Origin: Perna viridis
Taxonomy: Eukaryota
DNA: 64,000 bases
NCBI GenBank assembly: GCA_037379345.1
Contig: CM074513.1
Coordinates: forward strand, 43,379,195-43,443,194
Reading direction: 5' to 3'
Made by a program: the position numbers and the translations under genes. The notes below the pieces were generated by a model, which saw nothing but the letters and a program-made list of their open reading frames with translations, ran no database searches and was not told the DNA's origin. Shown in pieces: positions 12,312 to 24,030 of the stretch (positions are counted from its first letter, which is position 1; every line of letters starts with the position of its first letter).

Positions 12312-13251
12312 GTGAGCACCTTTGTGTATGACGTAGCGCATGACGATGATGATGACGATGATCATGTCGTCTGCTATGATCAGTGCTGACCACGTGACTT
12401 TTAATTACAACCCAATTAGGTAAATTGGTTGTTGTTCAGCTGCTGGTCCAAAACTGTGTGGTCAAGATTTTGTATTTTCTCAACTGGTTCTGTAAAAAAT
12501 AAAAAAAATAAAAAAAACAAAACCGGTGACCACATGGTGAACAATCGGACATTCCCGCTTCTCCCACTGCACGATCATTGCGCATGATGTGTTGTCATTA
12601 TCTATTAGCTCACTTATTTTATGACTTTGTACACGCATATTTTTTGTATTGCTTTTTTGTTTTTGTGTTGCTTGTGTTCATATACTGCGATGGAAGTTGA
12701 TAAATTGCATGCACAAATAGTACACAAATTAGACATGTTTTTTTTCACTTCATTTTGTGTCTTGGCGAAGTCTTTTTTTATTATTCTGATTCAATGAGTT
12801 ATGCCGCCTGGATATTTTTGTAGAATAAAAAAAATCGAAACAAGTGATACATTTTAAAAAGTGTAAAACATCCTTTGTTCACTAATATCCTTCGTTTCAA
12901 TGAGACAGATTAGTAGACTGGAAAACGTCTTTGTGGCTTATCACTTAACTGAGATTTTTTAGTTTGTTTTTATTCTGCAATGGATTTAACTGAAAGAACG
13001 GTGAGCACTAATGCCCCGGACAACATTGCCAAATACTAACTGGTTGAGACTTCTTTTTTAGTTCAAAATACAAGTATTGTATTGTATTGACTTACTAGAG
13101 TTTCATGGTCACGAAATGGTTAATTTACACAGTATAATATATAAAAAAAAAAACTGATTGCAGTCGCCACCATTCAGCATCTTTGCTAAAATTGCTACAC
13201 CGTTGATTCAATGTTTGAACCATAAACCAACTGATGTTTCTTTTTTTCCAG

Positions 13252-13419
13252 ATGAATTCATTTGATGCTATGGATTCCGACAGTACCTCTCCGTATCACA
13301 ACGACAACGCTGCTTATAATGACAGTTTTGTCTGGAGTCAGCCAGATCACGACAATGGACAATATTCAGACTCAGACTATAATAACGAATCGGAAATGTC
13401 AAGTCCTTTGAGCCAGTAG
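13252..13419 (+). CDS. ISL1: Islet coding exon 6 (acidic, Ser-rich C-terminus, TAG stop)
   Basis: Strong acceptor tttctttttttccag| at 13251, phase 0 consistent with exon 5. Encodes MNSFDAMDSDSTSPYHND...SEMSSPLSQ*, with Ser/Asp-rich composition and a terminal SSP like other Islet C-termini. Confidence 0.85.
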   Translation: MNSFDAMDSDSTSPYHNDNAAYNDSFVWSQPDHDNGQYSDSDYNNESEMSSPLSQ

Positions 13420-14360
13420 TTTTTTGACATTGAACTGTTTCAAAATGGATATAGTGCGGAGGGATGATTCTCAATTCAGGGACGGTAACTACATACAATC
13501 ATTAAATGGATATTCGATCTTTTCCGGAAGTTTTGTATTTCCGGTTCACAAAATAATCAAGATTTCTGTGCAGTAGACAATTTCGTTGTTGTGATTTTGT
13601 GGTTATGATTTTCCAGAACTGAATTTTTAAATGTACATACTTATCTCCATATCTTGTTTGGTTTTGTTTACTAGGTAATTTTAGTAATGTCCTGATCTCA
13701 ATGTTAGTAAGGTGAACCTAAGTATTTTCCTGTATTTGCGTTTATTTCAAAGGATTAATACTACCATGTAGTAACAATAATAGGGATGGAGTTTCAAACC
13801 ACCATCAGATTTTAACAAAATCAAATTTTTACGTTGTTGAATTATTTGCTCATATTTTGAACTTTACACAACATGTTTTAGTTATTGTATACTTGGCTAT
13901 GTATGTTTTAAGAAATTTTAATTTATTATTATTTATTAATAAATTTATCAAATATCTGTAAAAAAATGTGTCAGTGTGAATTAAGGACCCCGTACTCTGG
14001 GGGTAATGATATATATATATATACAGTTGCACTATAGAATGACCTGTCAAGTACCAAGACAAATAATCTTTCACGTAATGTACAAATGAGAGCCGTCATT
14101 GTCAATTCCTCCATAGAACATAACATTCTGATGTCTAAATATTTTCTATGTAGTATTTTTCTTTGTAAACATTTGTAAAGATTTGGGCTTCCTGAAATGA
14201 TGTCACCCTAAAAACTGAGGAAGAACAACTGCATGGTTGATTCATCGTGACAGACTGGGGTTGTAAGGGGCCATGTAAGAGTCCTACTCTTGTGTTTCGT
14301 TGACACCAAATTCAGAAAAAGTCGTGTATTTTGTAATAAAAATCAATGAACTAGATATAT
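13420..14360 (+). promoter_or_regulatory. Predicted Islet 3' UTR with polyadenylation signals and AU-rich/Pumilio elements
   Basis: AATAAA at 13938-13943 and 14335-14340, an ATTTA cluster at ~13921-13947, and a Pumilio element TGTACATA at 13632-13639. The end point is inferred. Confidence 0.5.
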
Positions 14361-17191
14361 GATTTATGGGAAATTGTTTAAAAAAAACTTTGGTAAAATA
14401 TTAATGCTTACAGAATGTGTTCAGTCTAGTATGACAGATAATTAACTCACGACATGGTTTATCGACTAGACTCTAAAATTGCTCATAAGCTTAAGTTATA
14501 CAATAGATATACAAACATCAAACGAAAGATAAATAAAACCAAAAAAAAATGCAAACCAAAAAGCACATGTTTATCATTGCTATTCATATTACGTTATTAC
14601 CGATTTAACATCGGATGGAAAAAGTTCAAATCGAAGAACAATTTACACAACCAAGCAAAACATTAACACAAATGAAGCCACATTTAAACAGAAAACAATC
14701 CTATATCATTTGATTTAATTCATTTCATAATACTGGGATTTTTCTTATACAAACATTAAGCGCAAATCTAACATAACAAACATAGAAAGAAAAAAGTACC
14801 AAAAATAATTTTAAAAAATTGATCCGAATAAAACAGTTTGGTGATATTAGGTTAAATGGGAAACAAATATAGTGCCGAGAAATTAATGGTGTTTTCTGTT
14901 ATTGAAGTCTACAAGTAATTATCTATCATAACGTTTCTTACTAACTACACAAAGGAGATCCCATCTATGTCCAAAGCTACGGAGATACCGTCTATACCTC
15001 AAAATCTGAACATACCTATGAAGATATTGAGCCCCAGTTTGAAAAACAAATTCTGGGTTTTATCGGTCTGTTTTATCGTGTATTGTATAGTTTTGTTACC
15101 TTGCAGACTATATCACTGTTGCTTGCACTCATAGAGAGGCCCCTTACTTATGAACAGTGCAAGTAGAGGACTATAAAGACCTACCGAATCTTATAAAATG
15201 TCTCAATAATTTAATGTAAGAATTGGGGATAATTTTGTAGTATCCTGCCTTTAGCTGAAAGTGTGCATAGTTTTATATTGACATTTTAAATTACTGTATG
15301 GCAATGATTAAAAATTGCACATGACATCTATTGGTTAAAAACTTCATTATACGTGCTTGATGAAGTTGTTATACATAAATGAAGATTGAAAAAAAAATGC
15401 AAATTAAAGTGGGTTAACACCTAATGGATACGTAAAACGAATTCGTCGACACTTCACTACATAAATCATTTCATTTTTTTTTCGCTGTATTTTAGCCTAT
15501 ATGTATTTATGTCTTTCCCTTTGAACATTTTCAAATATACAATATAAAAATCTCAGAATATTAGAGACGTAAAAGGTATTGTAATTCGTTCAGAATAAAA
15601 AATGACACACATTCGATTTTTGTTATTAACAGTATCTATTTTCTCTGATTGTTTACATAAAACAATGACAACAAACGAACCTGTCAAATAAAATCTTGTA
15701 TACAAGTTTACACAGAGCCGTAACCTTATTTACTTGCTAACTGTGTCAGGCAAAAATAAATTATAACGGAACAAATGCCATCTTTATACAAATAAACCGG
15801 AAAAAGCAAAGTCGTGTGTTTGGGGTCCGATCAAAGAAATCTAGATGCCAGAACGTGTATAAACCAATATTTTGGTTATCAGTGTAACAAATAATCACCA
15901 TAATTTGGACGGATAAACAAACATTGAAAATATGCCGGTGAATTGAAAAATAGACGAATTTAAATGACACGCACGGTAATCGAAATATCAATTACTGCTA
16001 TACCACGTTCCAATTTTCAATTGTATTTAATCGTTCTTTTTTAGCTGTACGAAAAATAAGCACGACCTTTTCCTTACTATATATTTATATGCGTGTTTGA
16101 TGGTAAGTATATCATGCAGTGTTGCCTTGTTTTGTATTTACCTCTCTTGTTTATACAGAACAGCTTATATTTTACACTTACATGTACAATTGTAAGTTAT
16201 ACACAAACTTGTCCATTAACCAATTAGTCAAAAGAAATTGAAATTTACACCACAAATCTATCGGTTGGACCATAGTGATGGTTCATTTCAACCTTGCATG
16301 TTACAATGTTATACAATAAATAGAGATCATTCTCTGAAAATCTCAGTGATGGCACCATATCAAGTTTAATTCACCAATAATTGCTTTTTAATTCGTCGAT
16401 ACAAGTCTTTTGTTTATGATTTTCAATGGAAGTGAGCTTTTGACACATTAAGGTATTGAATTTCACACCAAGACGAAAATCCCAATTTCCTCTTCATTGT
16501 CTCTATAGTTTCCCAACTATCGACTTTAAGTTACCGTCAGCAGATTTTTATTTATGATTTGATTGTTCTTTTATCCATGATATTGATCAAACTGCTATTC
16601 TTCATACCTGGCTTAATTTTTGATTTTTTTTTCTGCCAGCGGTTTTCAAAAGCAGATTTAAAATCGAGTCATAACCTTAGGTTTTTGTATTAAACACTTA
16701 CAAATATTGTCCGTAAAATTCTATAGCCCTTGGCTTCTGGTTTGGGTCGTATTTTAAATATTGTCTGGCTGAATAACTAATCTGACAGAAAATAAATCGT
16801 CAAAGACAATACAAGATAAATCCTTATAAAAATACAGGTGTCTTAGCATAAATGTTTGACATTTATAACAGAGTTCCTTTGGTCAACAAAAACTTTATCT
16901 GTTAGAAAAACTTCGGTTGAAATCATGAAAATCATTATAAAGATTTGCTTTCGTATTTAGCTGTTAATTCCTTTGTCAAATCTCAATAAAGGGGCCAAAT
17001 ACTGATTAGTAAAGAATATAAACAAACACAGAGTAAGCTTGACATTGTTACTATTCAGAACACTGGGCCTCTGTACTGACACCACTATAGAAGTGACACT
17101 GTACAATTGGTACTTATGATCTGGCCGTGCACTGTTTATTGTTGCTATCTCTATAGTGTCTCGCCCAACCGAGGTAACGGCAGTTCAAAAG

Positions 17192-17374
17192 TACGGAGAT
17201 GTAATAGGGACATTCAATTATTTTTCTTTTCAAAAGGTGAAATATCAACTTTTTGTTTTCAAAGTTTTCAAAGTTTTTAAAATGTCAAAATTCGACTTCA
17301 GAATATCTTGTTTTCAAAAGGTAAAAAAATCGAATTGAAAACCGAATATCCGTATATCCTTTTTACGCTTCCGT
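17192..17374. mobile_element. Degenerate MITE-like element
   Basis: Imperfect terminal inverted repeats (ACGGAGATGTAATAGGGACAT vs reverse complement ACGGAAGCGTAAAAAGGATAT, about 15/21 identical) with internal repeated TTTTCAAA units. Confidence 0.35.
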
Positions 17375-17707
17375 TCAAATCTTACTGTAAGTCAGATAAT
17401 CTTATTGTGTTTTGTTTGTCATTTTTTATGGTCTAGGATGGCATTGCATATATACAGCTTGTAAAACAGATAAGCTTTAATAAGGTTTTAAAAGTATTTC
17501 AGGGTCAATCTCTATATTTTAAATGTGTTTTAGTTCTAAAATAAATGCAATGAATTTACTAGCAGTAAATGGAAACTTTTCGTTTTCCCGAACATCTGAA
17601 ATCATACTCTGGATAAATACGACATACTCGTATCAGGACAAATGTTGCATATTAAAGAAATCAAAACTAAGTTATAGACTCAATTTTAACCCAATCATTC
17701 ACATAAA

Positions 17708-17837
17708 TGGTCTTTTTCACAAAAATTCGTAAGAATAAAATTAGTCCTAAGTTATGACGTCACAATACTTTTATTTACTCTGACGTCATAACCTACGACT
17801 AATTTTACTCTTACGATTTTTTTTGTGAAAAGGACCA
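17708..17837. mobile_element. Foldback (hairpin) MITE with ~55-bp inverted arms
   Basis: TGGTCTTTTTCACAAAAATTCGTAAGAATAAAATTAGTCCTAAGTTATGACGTCA (17708-17762) is nearly the reverse complement of 17781-17837, with an 18-nt spacer. Confidence 0.85.
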
Positions 17838-18030
17838 CTGATATTTTCCACGATCTTAACGGGAAAGACCACATTTGCATTAAGTTAGGCTCTTATGATA
17901 AATCATATCTACATAAACAAAAGTAAATAACCTTTAATGCAAAATGCGCTTTTATAAAATGCTCAAGGCTATGCAAAGTCCGAAATCCTTGAAATATAAG
18001 TGGATAGCCATCTTGCAGAACTCTCCTATC

Positions 18031-18636
18031 TGAAGGAAGATCATAGCCAGATTTTATTAATTTTTACCGATAGCTTCCGATTGGCTCGTGACGTCACTGA
18101 GTCGGTTTAATACTGATACAAGTACTGCAAATAATATGTAAACAAAGAGTATTCCGTAAATATTTCTACGATCATGTTTATCTAATCACCATTACGATTG
18201 CACGAATGATAAAAGAGAAAGTTCTAAAAGTTTTTTTACCAGCAACATTCTTCGAAAGTAGTCACAAGATTTTCCTTACAAATACTAGTAATCTGGCTGC
18301 AAATCCCGCTGTTCGCCAATGATGTCTGACATTTGCTTACATGTTGTGCCTCAATCTCTTCTTCTATTATTCTTGGGTTGAAATTATAGGGGAAAAGTCC
18401 CAAATTTGCGATTTCCTCGGACATCGTAATCAATTTACAAACCGACTTCGTGACGTAACAGTTCAACCGATCATGGTGGCGCCCATAGGCGCGGGAAATT
18501 CAAATTTCCTAATTGTAAATCTCGATTAATTAATAAAGAAAAGGAAATTATTTTGTTTCCATTTAATTTTCGTGAATATTTAACAGATTAGTTCCGATAT
18601 TTATGACTTGCACAATAACATGGTCTTCTCCTTTAA
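18031..18636 (-). mobile_element. Non-autonomous Kolobok-like DNA transposon remnant
   Basis: The right end ...GGTCTTCTCCT|TTAA fits the Kolobok-type CT terminus with TTAA target, and the left end TGAAGGAAGATCAT is a degenerate inverted match. A subterminal inverted pair lies at 18088-18108 / 18439-18459. A minus-strand ORF remnant reads MSEEIANLGLFPYNFNP...TFEECC. Confidence 0.5.
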
Positions 18637-21600
18637 AATAAAGGAACATGTATGATATAAGGAAAATCATAAATAATAAATCAGATCAGCAGTGATTAAA
18701 ACAATTCCTAAATACTTCTTGTCCATTGCATATGGCGGTTGTGCAGGACAATACGCGCTACTGGGAAGATGTTGATCGCGTGTCTGTATACAAATTCTAA
18801 CCGTAACATGTTTATATGGTCAGGGTTGACACCATACACGTTAGGAACTTCTGCAAATAGAGGCTAAATGCAATCACCGGCATTATGGATGATAAATTCA
18901 TGATAACAGGTGTCAATCAATAAAACGGAAAAAAAATTGACAGCATTATAAAATGGTAAACTGAATTATATTAATGAATAAGGAAACAGAGAATTGTATT
19001 CTCTACCTGGAGAAGTGTCAGAGTTGCATAACTTAAAAGAAAGAGGTATACAATTTTATGGTGAAAGTTTCGATGATAGTTTCGTTTTGCTCATGATTGC
19101 CATATGTCGCCGTATCCCGCTGAATGAACTTTGAACTTTACAGGTTGTTACATGTTGTTGTACAAGTGAAAAATATACAGTAGAAAATCAACACAACAAC
19201 CATTCAAGGAAATTGAAAAGTGTCTGTATTATGTATTAGAGTATATGTAGTTGAAGACATTTTCCATTTTACAGAGCGTATCAGCAGATTCTGTGTACAC
19301 ACTCTCACATGTCTCAATATTTACATAAGTAACATTCCTCTTATAATAATCTTCTTCATTTACACTTAGCTCTTTAGTCTGAAAATAAACGTTGATGCTG
19401 TAAGCAGTGGTCAGTTTGATGATGAACAGATGATAAGACCAATGCCCAGCCAGATAATGACTACTAATGTGTAAACACAACAAATCATGTAGTTATAAGT
19501 TGTTAGCAATCTGTCAGAATGTCTGTTATCATTATATATCATATCTATCCTGTTGATAAGTATTTACATGGAAATCTCACATACGGATATCAGAAGTGCC
19601 CCACTGGACTTTGCTTCAAGCAAATTGTTTGTGCTGAGTTTTTTTTATTCACTTTGAGATTTATAGACTACCCTTCTGCTTTATATACAGTTATTCTTGA
19701 GCTACTCAGTTTTCTGATATTATAAGGTCGAAATCGTTGCCATCTCATGGTGATGTCGTAAAATTAAAATTAAAATCCAAAATCTGTAAGTTTCGCACAA
19801 AGTGATGAGGATGCCCTCAATTGCTTCGAAAGTGTTTTGGGTTCAACAGAATTGAAATTAGATGAAATTTAGTGTTCAAGACTTATTTATCGTGCCTAAC
19901 GAAATATCTACATACATGTATAATAAAACAGAAGTTTTTAACCAACGTATTACACTACTGAAAGTATATCCGTATATAAAGTGTCAAACCTACAAATTTG
20001 TTTATTTTAATTATTGAACATGTAAAGTTCTTTTTTAAAACGAAACACATATGTGCGGTTGTTGTATGCTTTGTTCCATTTTCATTATTATCATTTGGTG
20101 TTGTTTAAATGTGCTGAAAGTGACCATGAACATACAAATTTTTGACCCAATCCGAAATGATATTAAAGTGAGTGAGTTTATGTGTAATAAATGAAGTAAC
20201 TACCGCTGTCCGTTCGGGTTTATTAACCGGAGGTAATTTCCACAGTAGATATGCAAGTCTTTGTGGCGAACACGGAAGTGGCGATTTATCGTCGTCAGTT
20301 TGAGACAGTTTGACTGACCAGTTAGTCTGTTGCTAATGACCAATGATGTCGACACACACAGTTTGTGGTAGGTATGACATGTAAATGTCGAATCAAATGT
20401 CATCCCGGTATTTATTTACAAGGACTATAATAGATGAAAAACATAAATTAATAAAAATTTACATACATGTACATATATGTAGAATACCACAATAACAACT
20501 TACATTCAGTGTATATACGTGGACCTTGTAGTTTACAATACATTAAAGTAAAAGTTTTCTTGGACTACTATAACTACACAAAGCCCTTCAAAGTAGAATC
20601 AGAATAATGTGGATTATAGCAGAATATAATTAATGGTGCTCGTTAAGACTTATTTGTTAGTTCAAAAATGAATGAAGGTAATAAACTGCTCCTTTGTGTG
20701 TAAAAAGAAGGAATGTTACTCGAAGCTGTTCATGGGCTCAGAAGATTGGCTTTCAAGGAGACTCGTTTTTTCTTCCTCTTTCAAATGGTCCTTTATTGAA
20801 GCCATGCAATTATGTATATTGGAAATTATACTAGACCATTACCATTGGCAGTTGTAGCATTTACTATCAATTAATTAATAGAAAATGCGGTTTAGTTGGC
20901 CATAAAATTCTCAACTCTGTTGATAATCTTATATTAAAACAAAGTAAATTATACATTTAAAGAGTAGCACATTCAGTTACAAACAAATCCGATTGGCTAA
21001 GTCTACGAATGTGTTTGGGAGACTAATATGGTGATACCAGATAATGACCGGTGACAAAGAAACTATGCGTGTGGTGGGTATATCGTCCATTGTGTCACTT
21101 CAAATTTATGACCACACGACTTGGACCTTATGACTCGAAGTTTTCATTGAACCTTTTTTCAATTCATTGTGAATAAGAAAAAAATTACGGCCGAACAAAA
21201 AAAAACAAAAATGCTGTCACTATAAAATAACTTTGAATACATGCCGATATGATGAAAGTTATAGTTATTTTAGAGACAGTAAATAATCAGCAATGTCAAA
21301 CTTTATTTAAGTGATTTAAATGACTATATACTGTCAGCTGGAAGATCATTCAATATTTTGATGAACCCATCTCTTTCGATATACCGACATTGAATTATTT
21401 TGTTTTTATAGGCGATGTTAAAAATAAATGAAACTCGTATGTCATATCTGACTTTTAAATAAAGGTTTATATTGTGCTGTGTAAAAGTTAAAAATCAAAC
21501 TCATTTTCAACACAGATATTTTCACTGAGCACAATTTTGTAAACCTCAATTTTGAAAAAACAAAGTACCATTGTTTCATTAGTAAATAATCAAACTACTA

Positions 21601-21740
21601 AAACTAACATCCTTCTCAACCATCTTTGATAAAAGGTTTTGAAATGTGGCCTGCAAAATATATGACTATATCAATTTTTCTATAAAGGAAAATGGTTAAA
21701 AAGCAAGGTTAAAAACTCTTCAAGACCAATTTACCATAAG

Positions 21741-21860
21741 TTAGTATTAAGATACTGAAAAAGGTACCGCAATGGTCCTGACTTGGTACAAACATTTCAA
21801 ACGAAATAGTGGGTTAAATATAGGTTTTACAGCGCTACCCCCTATCTTCCATTACGGCGT
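21741..21860 (-). repeat. Dispersed repeat fragment (same family as ~41130-41310), probable retroelement 3' end
   Basis: Its reverse complement (TTTAACCCACTATTTCGTTTGAAATGTTTGTACCAAGTCAGG) aligns with TTTTACCCACCATTCCTATCGGAAATGCCTGTACGAAATCAAGG at ~41147-41190. Confidence 0.5.
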
Positions 21861-23627
21861 GAATATACTAGTGGTGATTAAAAAGCATTTGCATGCTATT
21901 GTCATAATCGGTAAATCAGCGGTCACATCAGCATAAAGAACAATTTACAAAAAAAATTATTATTCATTATTTTAGAAGAAACTGAGTATTTTTCAACCAA
22001 GGACTGAACCTGAAAAAGACATTTATTTATACATACTCAATGATAAAATATTGTAACGTTTTATAAAACATAAACCTTCTTTTGAATATGGGAGGTAAGA
22101 ACATATCTAGATATAGCAAAATCTTCTCTTTTTTGAGAGATGGCGATATAGGCGGCGAACATCATTATGTCCTAAAATGTAGATAAAAGCATATATATAG
22201 ATTCGAAGTGAATTGTAACGTTTTTGTAGATATAGTGTCTGTTTTGTATGATCTTGGCTTTTAAGTGTTAGAATAGACCCTTTCGTGCAAATAACTGAGA
22301 ATACTCGGTAAGTACTTTCACCAAGAAACTGTGACAGTTTTTTCGCATCAATATGTAATTTAGCACTATTTAAAGTATTGAAATTCACTGACTGAGTCTA
22401 AAGAAAATTTAGTACGAACAGCTTGTTTTTTTTCGTTTGTATCTTATGCCTCCTGTTCAATTTTTGTATATCGTATACAATTCCATTGGTTGCATCTCTT
22501 TAGTAAGTTCAGTATAATGTAACGGGTTTTCATTTGTGTTGATTAATGTTTCTTGTTTACAACAGCTCTTGGGATTTAAACAATTAGCAAAGTCATTAAT
22601 GAAACATCAGTTTACCGTGTACCTTTAAAATCTTTCAAATCACAGAACCTGGTACAGAGTACTCTCGAATGGTCGCATTATGAAATTTTATTTTTTAAAG
22701 TTAAGTTACTAAAGAAAAGTTATGATATTTGTCAAAGGGAGTTGAAGTACACGTTTAGAACTATTATCAAATGTATGATCAGTGTTTATTGCTGACCGCC
22801 TTCGTTCAGAAGTCTCTTTAAAATTTAATCACAGTTATCTAAACGCTGATCTAGTCATGGTGAGATGACGATGAACGTTTAGCTCTTTGAAATTTTCAAC
22901 AAAATTAAGTCGTAACAAGCACAATAAAGATAACTTCTCGAATCAAATAAATCGGCAACACATAACTCTATAGGCAAAAATCCTAAATAATTCTATCGGG
23001 AAGAAATGCGTCATCGCTCTGATTCGTACAAATACCCTTTGAATATATCGCAATTAAACAAAATTTTCTTGTTAATTTTACATCAATTCTAGTTTTTAAG
23101 GCTTTAAAATGCAGTGACGAGCTTGTACGAGTTAAGCAACAAATGAACATGTTCCAGTTGATTCAGAGTTCCTGAAAGTAAGATTTTCGAGGTTTCTATT
23201 TCGCTTTGGTTTAGTATTAAACGAAAGTGAAATAAAACAATGATTGATACCATCTTTTTCATGTATAAACTTCCAAATGTCCATGAAAATTTGAGTATGT
23301 AATAGTTGAATTTCTGTTTAGTTTACGCGTGAGGACAATATATTCAACGTGTATTAAGGCAACTCAGCAAAGGTTTTGTGCATTTTAATCTTTTCTCATT
23401 GAAGATATTTTAATTAAAAACATTGTTTTGACCTTTTTATATTTCTGTTCAATTTTAAAGTTTCCAATACATGTATAAAAAGAACAAAGAAGAAATTAAT
23501 AGTTTAGATTAGGAGAAACCGTTTTTCATCTGTTGCTAAAATCATGTTATTACGCAAAACTAGATCAAACATCGAAGAGAAAAATATTGTTTATGAAATA
23601 ATTTGTAAGGAGTTGTAATTAGTTACA

Positions 23628-23700
23628 GTGACCTTGACCTTTGACCTCCATCGTCCATATCGCTATTTGCAAGTTTCAATCAAATCCATTTAGGTAAACT
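23628..23700. repeat. Helentron/HINE-type internal repeat fragment
   Basis: GTGACCTTGACCTTTGACCT followed by AAGTTTCAATCAAATCC, a motif typical of mollusc Helitron/Helentron-derived repeats. Recognised from memory, not searched. Confidence 0.4.
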
Positions 23701-23852
23701 ACCCTTAGAGGTAAACAAAATTTAATATTACATATATATGTATGTATTACTAGATGTATTGTCCCGTACTACCATGCATCGTGTACTAAGTTACAGTCCT
23801 AGATTAATCCTACGCGAAGGAATGATCCTGTCAGTGAAAGCTATATTTTTAT

Positions 23853-24030
23853 AGCCTAGCTGGCCGAGCGGTCTAGGGTGCTGGACTATGTGCAGGCGGT
23901 GTTGCCATAGATGTCACAGCAGTATGAGTTCGAGTCCCACGGAGGAAACGACCAAAAATTTGCGACATTTTTTCGCAAATTTGACAGTTCTAACAACGTT
24001 GGAAAATTTTCAGACTCTTGTATATAAATG
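23853..24030 (+). mobile_element. tRNA(Leu)-derived SINE head / tRNA pseudogene
   Basis: Pol III A box TGGCCGAGCGG (23861-23871) in the tRNA-Leu-like context TGGCCGAGCGGTCTAGGGTGCTGGA, and B box GAGTTCGAGTCC (~23926-23937). Anticodon and acceptor stems are not intact, so this is not a functional tRNA. Confidence 0.7.

Noticed and set aside
12181-12393. His/Arg-rich minus-strand ORF
   Set aside because: Antisense shadow of Islet exon 5 and the GAT/GAC repeat.
13268-13498. Minus-strand ORF overlapping exon 6
   Set aside because: Antisense shadow of coding sequence.
23853-23945. Functional tRNA-Leu gene
   Set aside because: The D-arm and T-loop are present, but the anticodon and acceptor stems do not pair, so it is called a SINE head/pseudogene.
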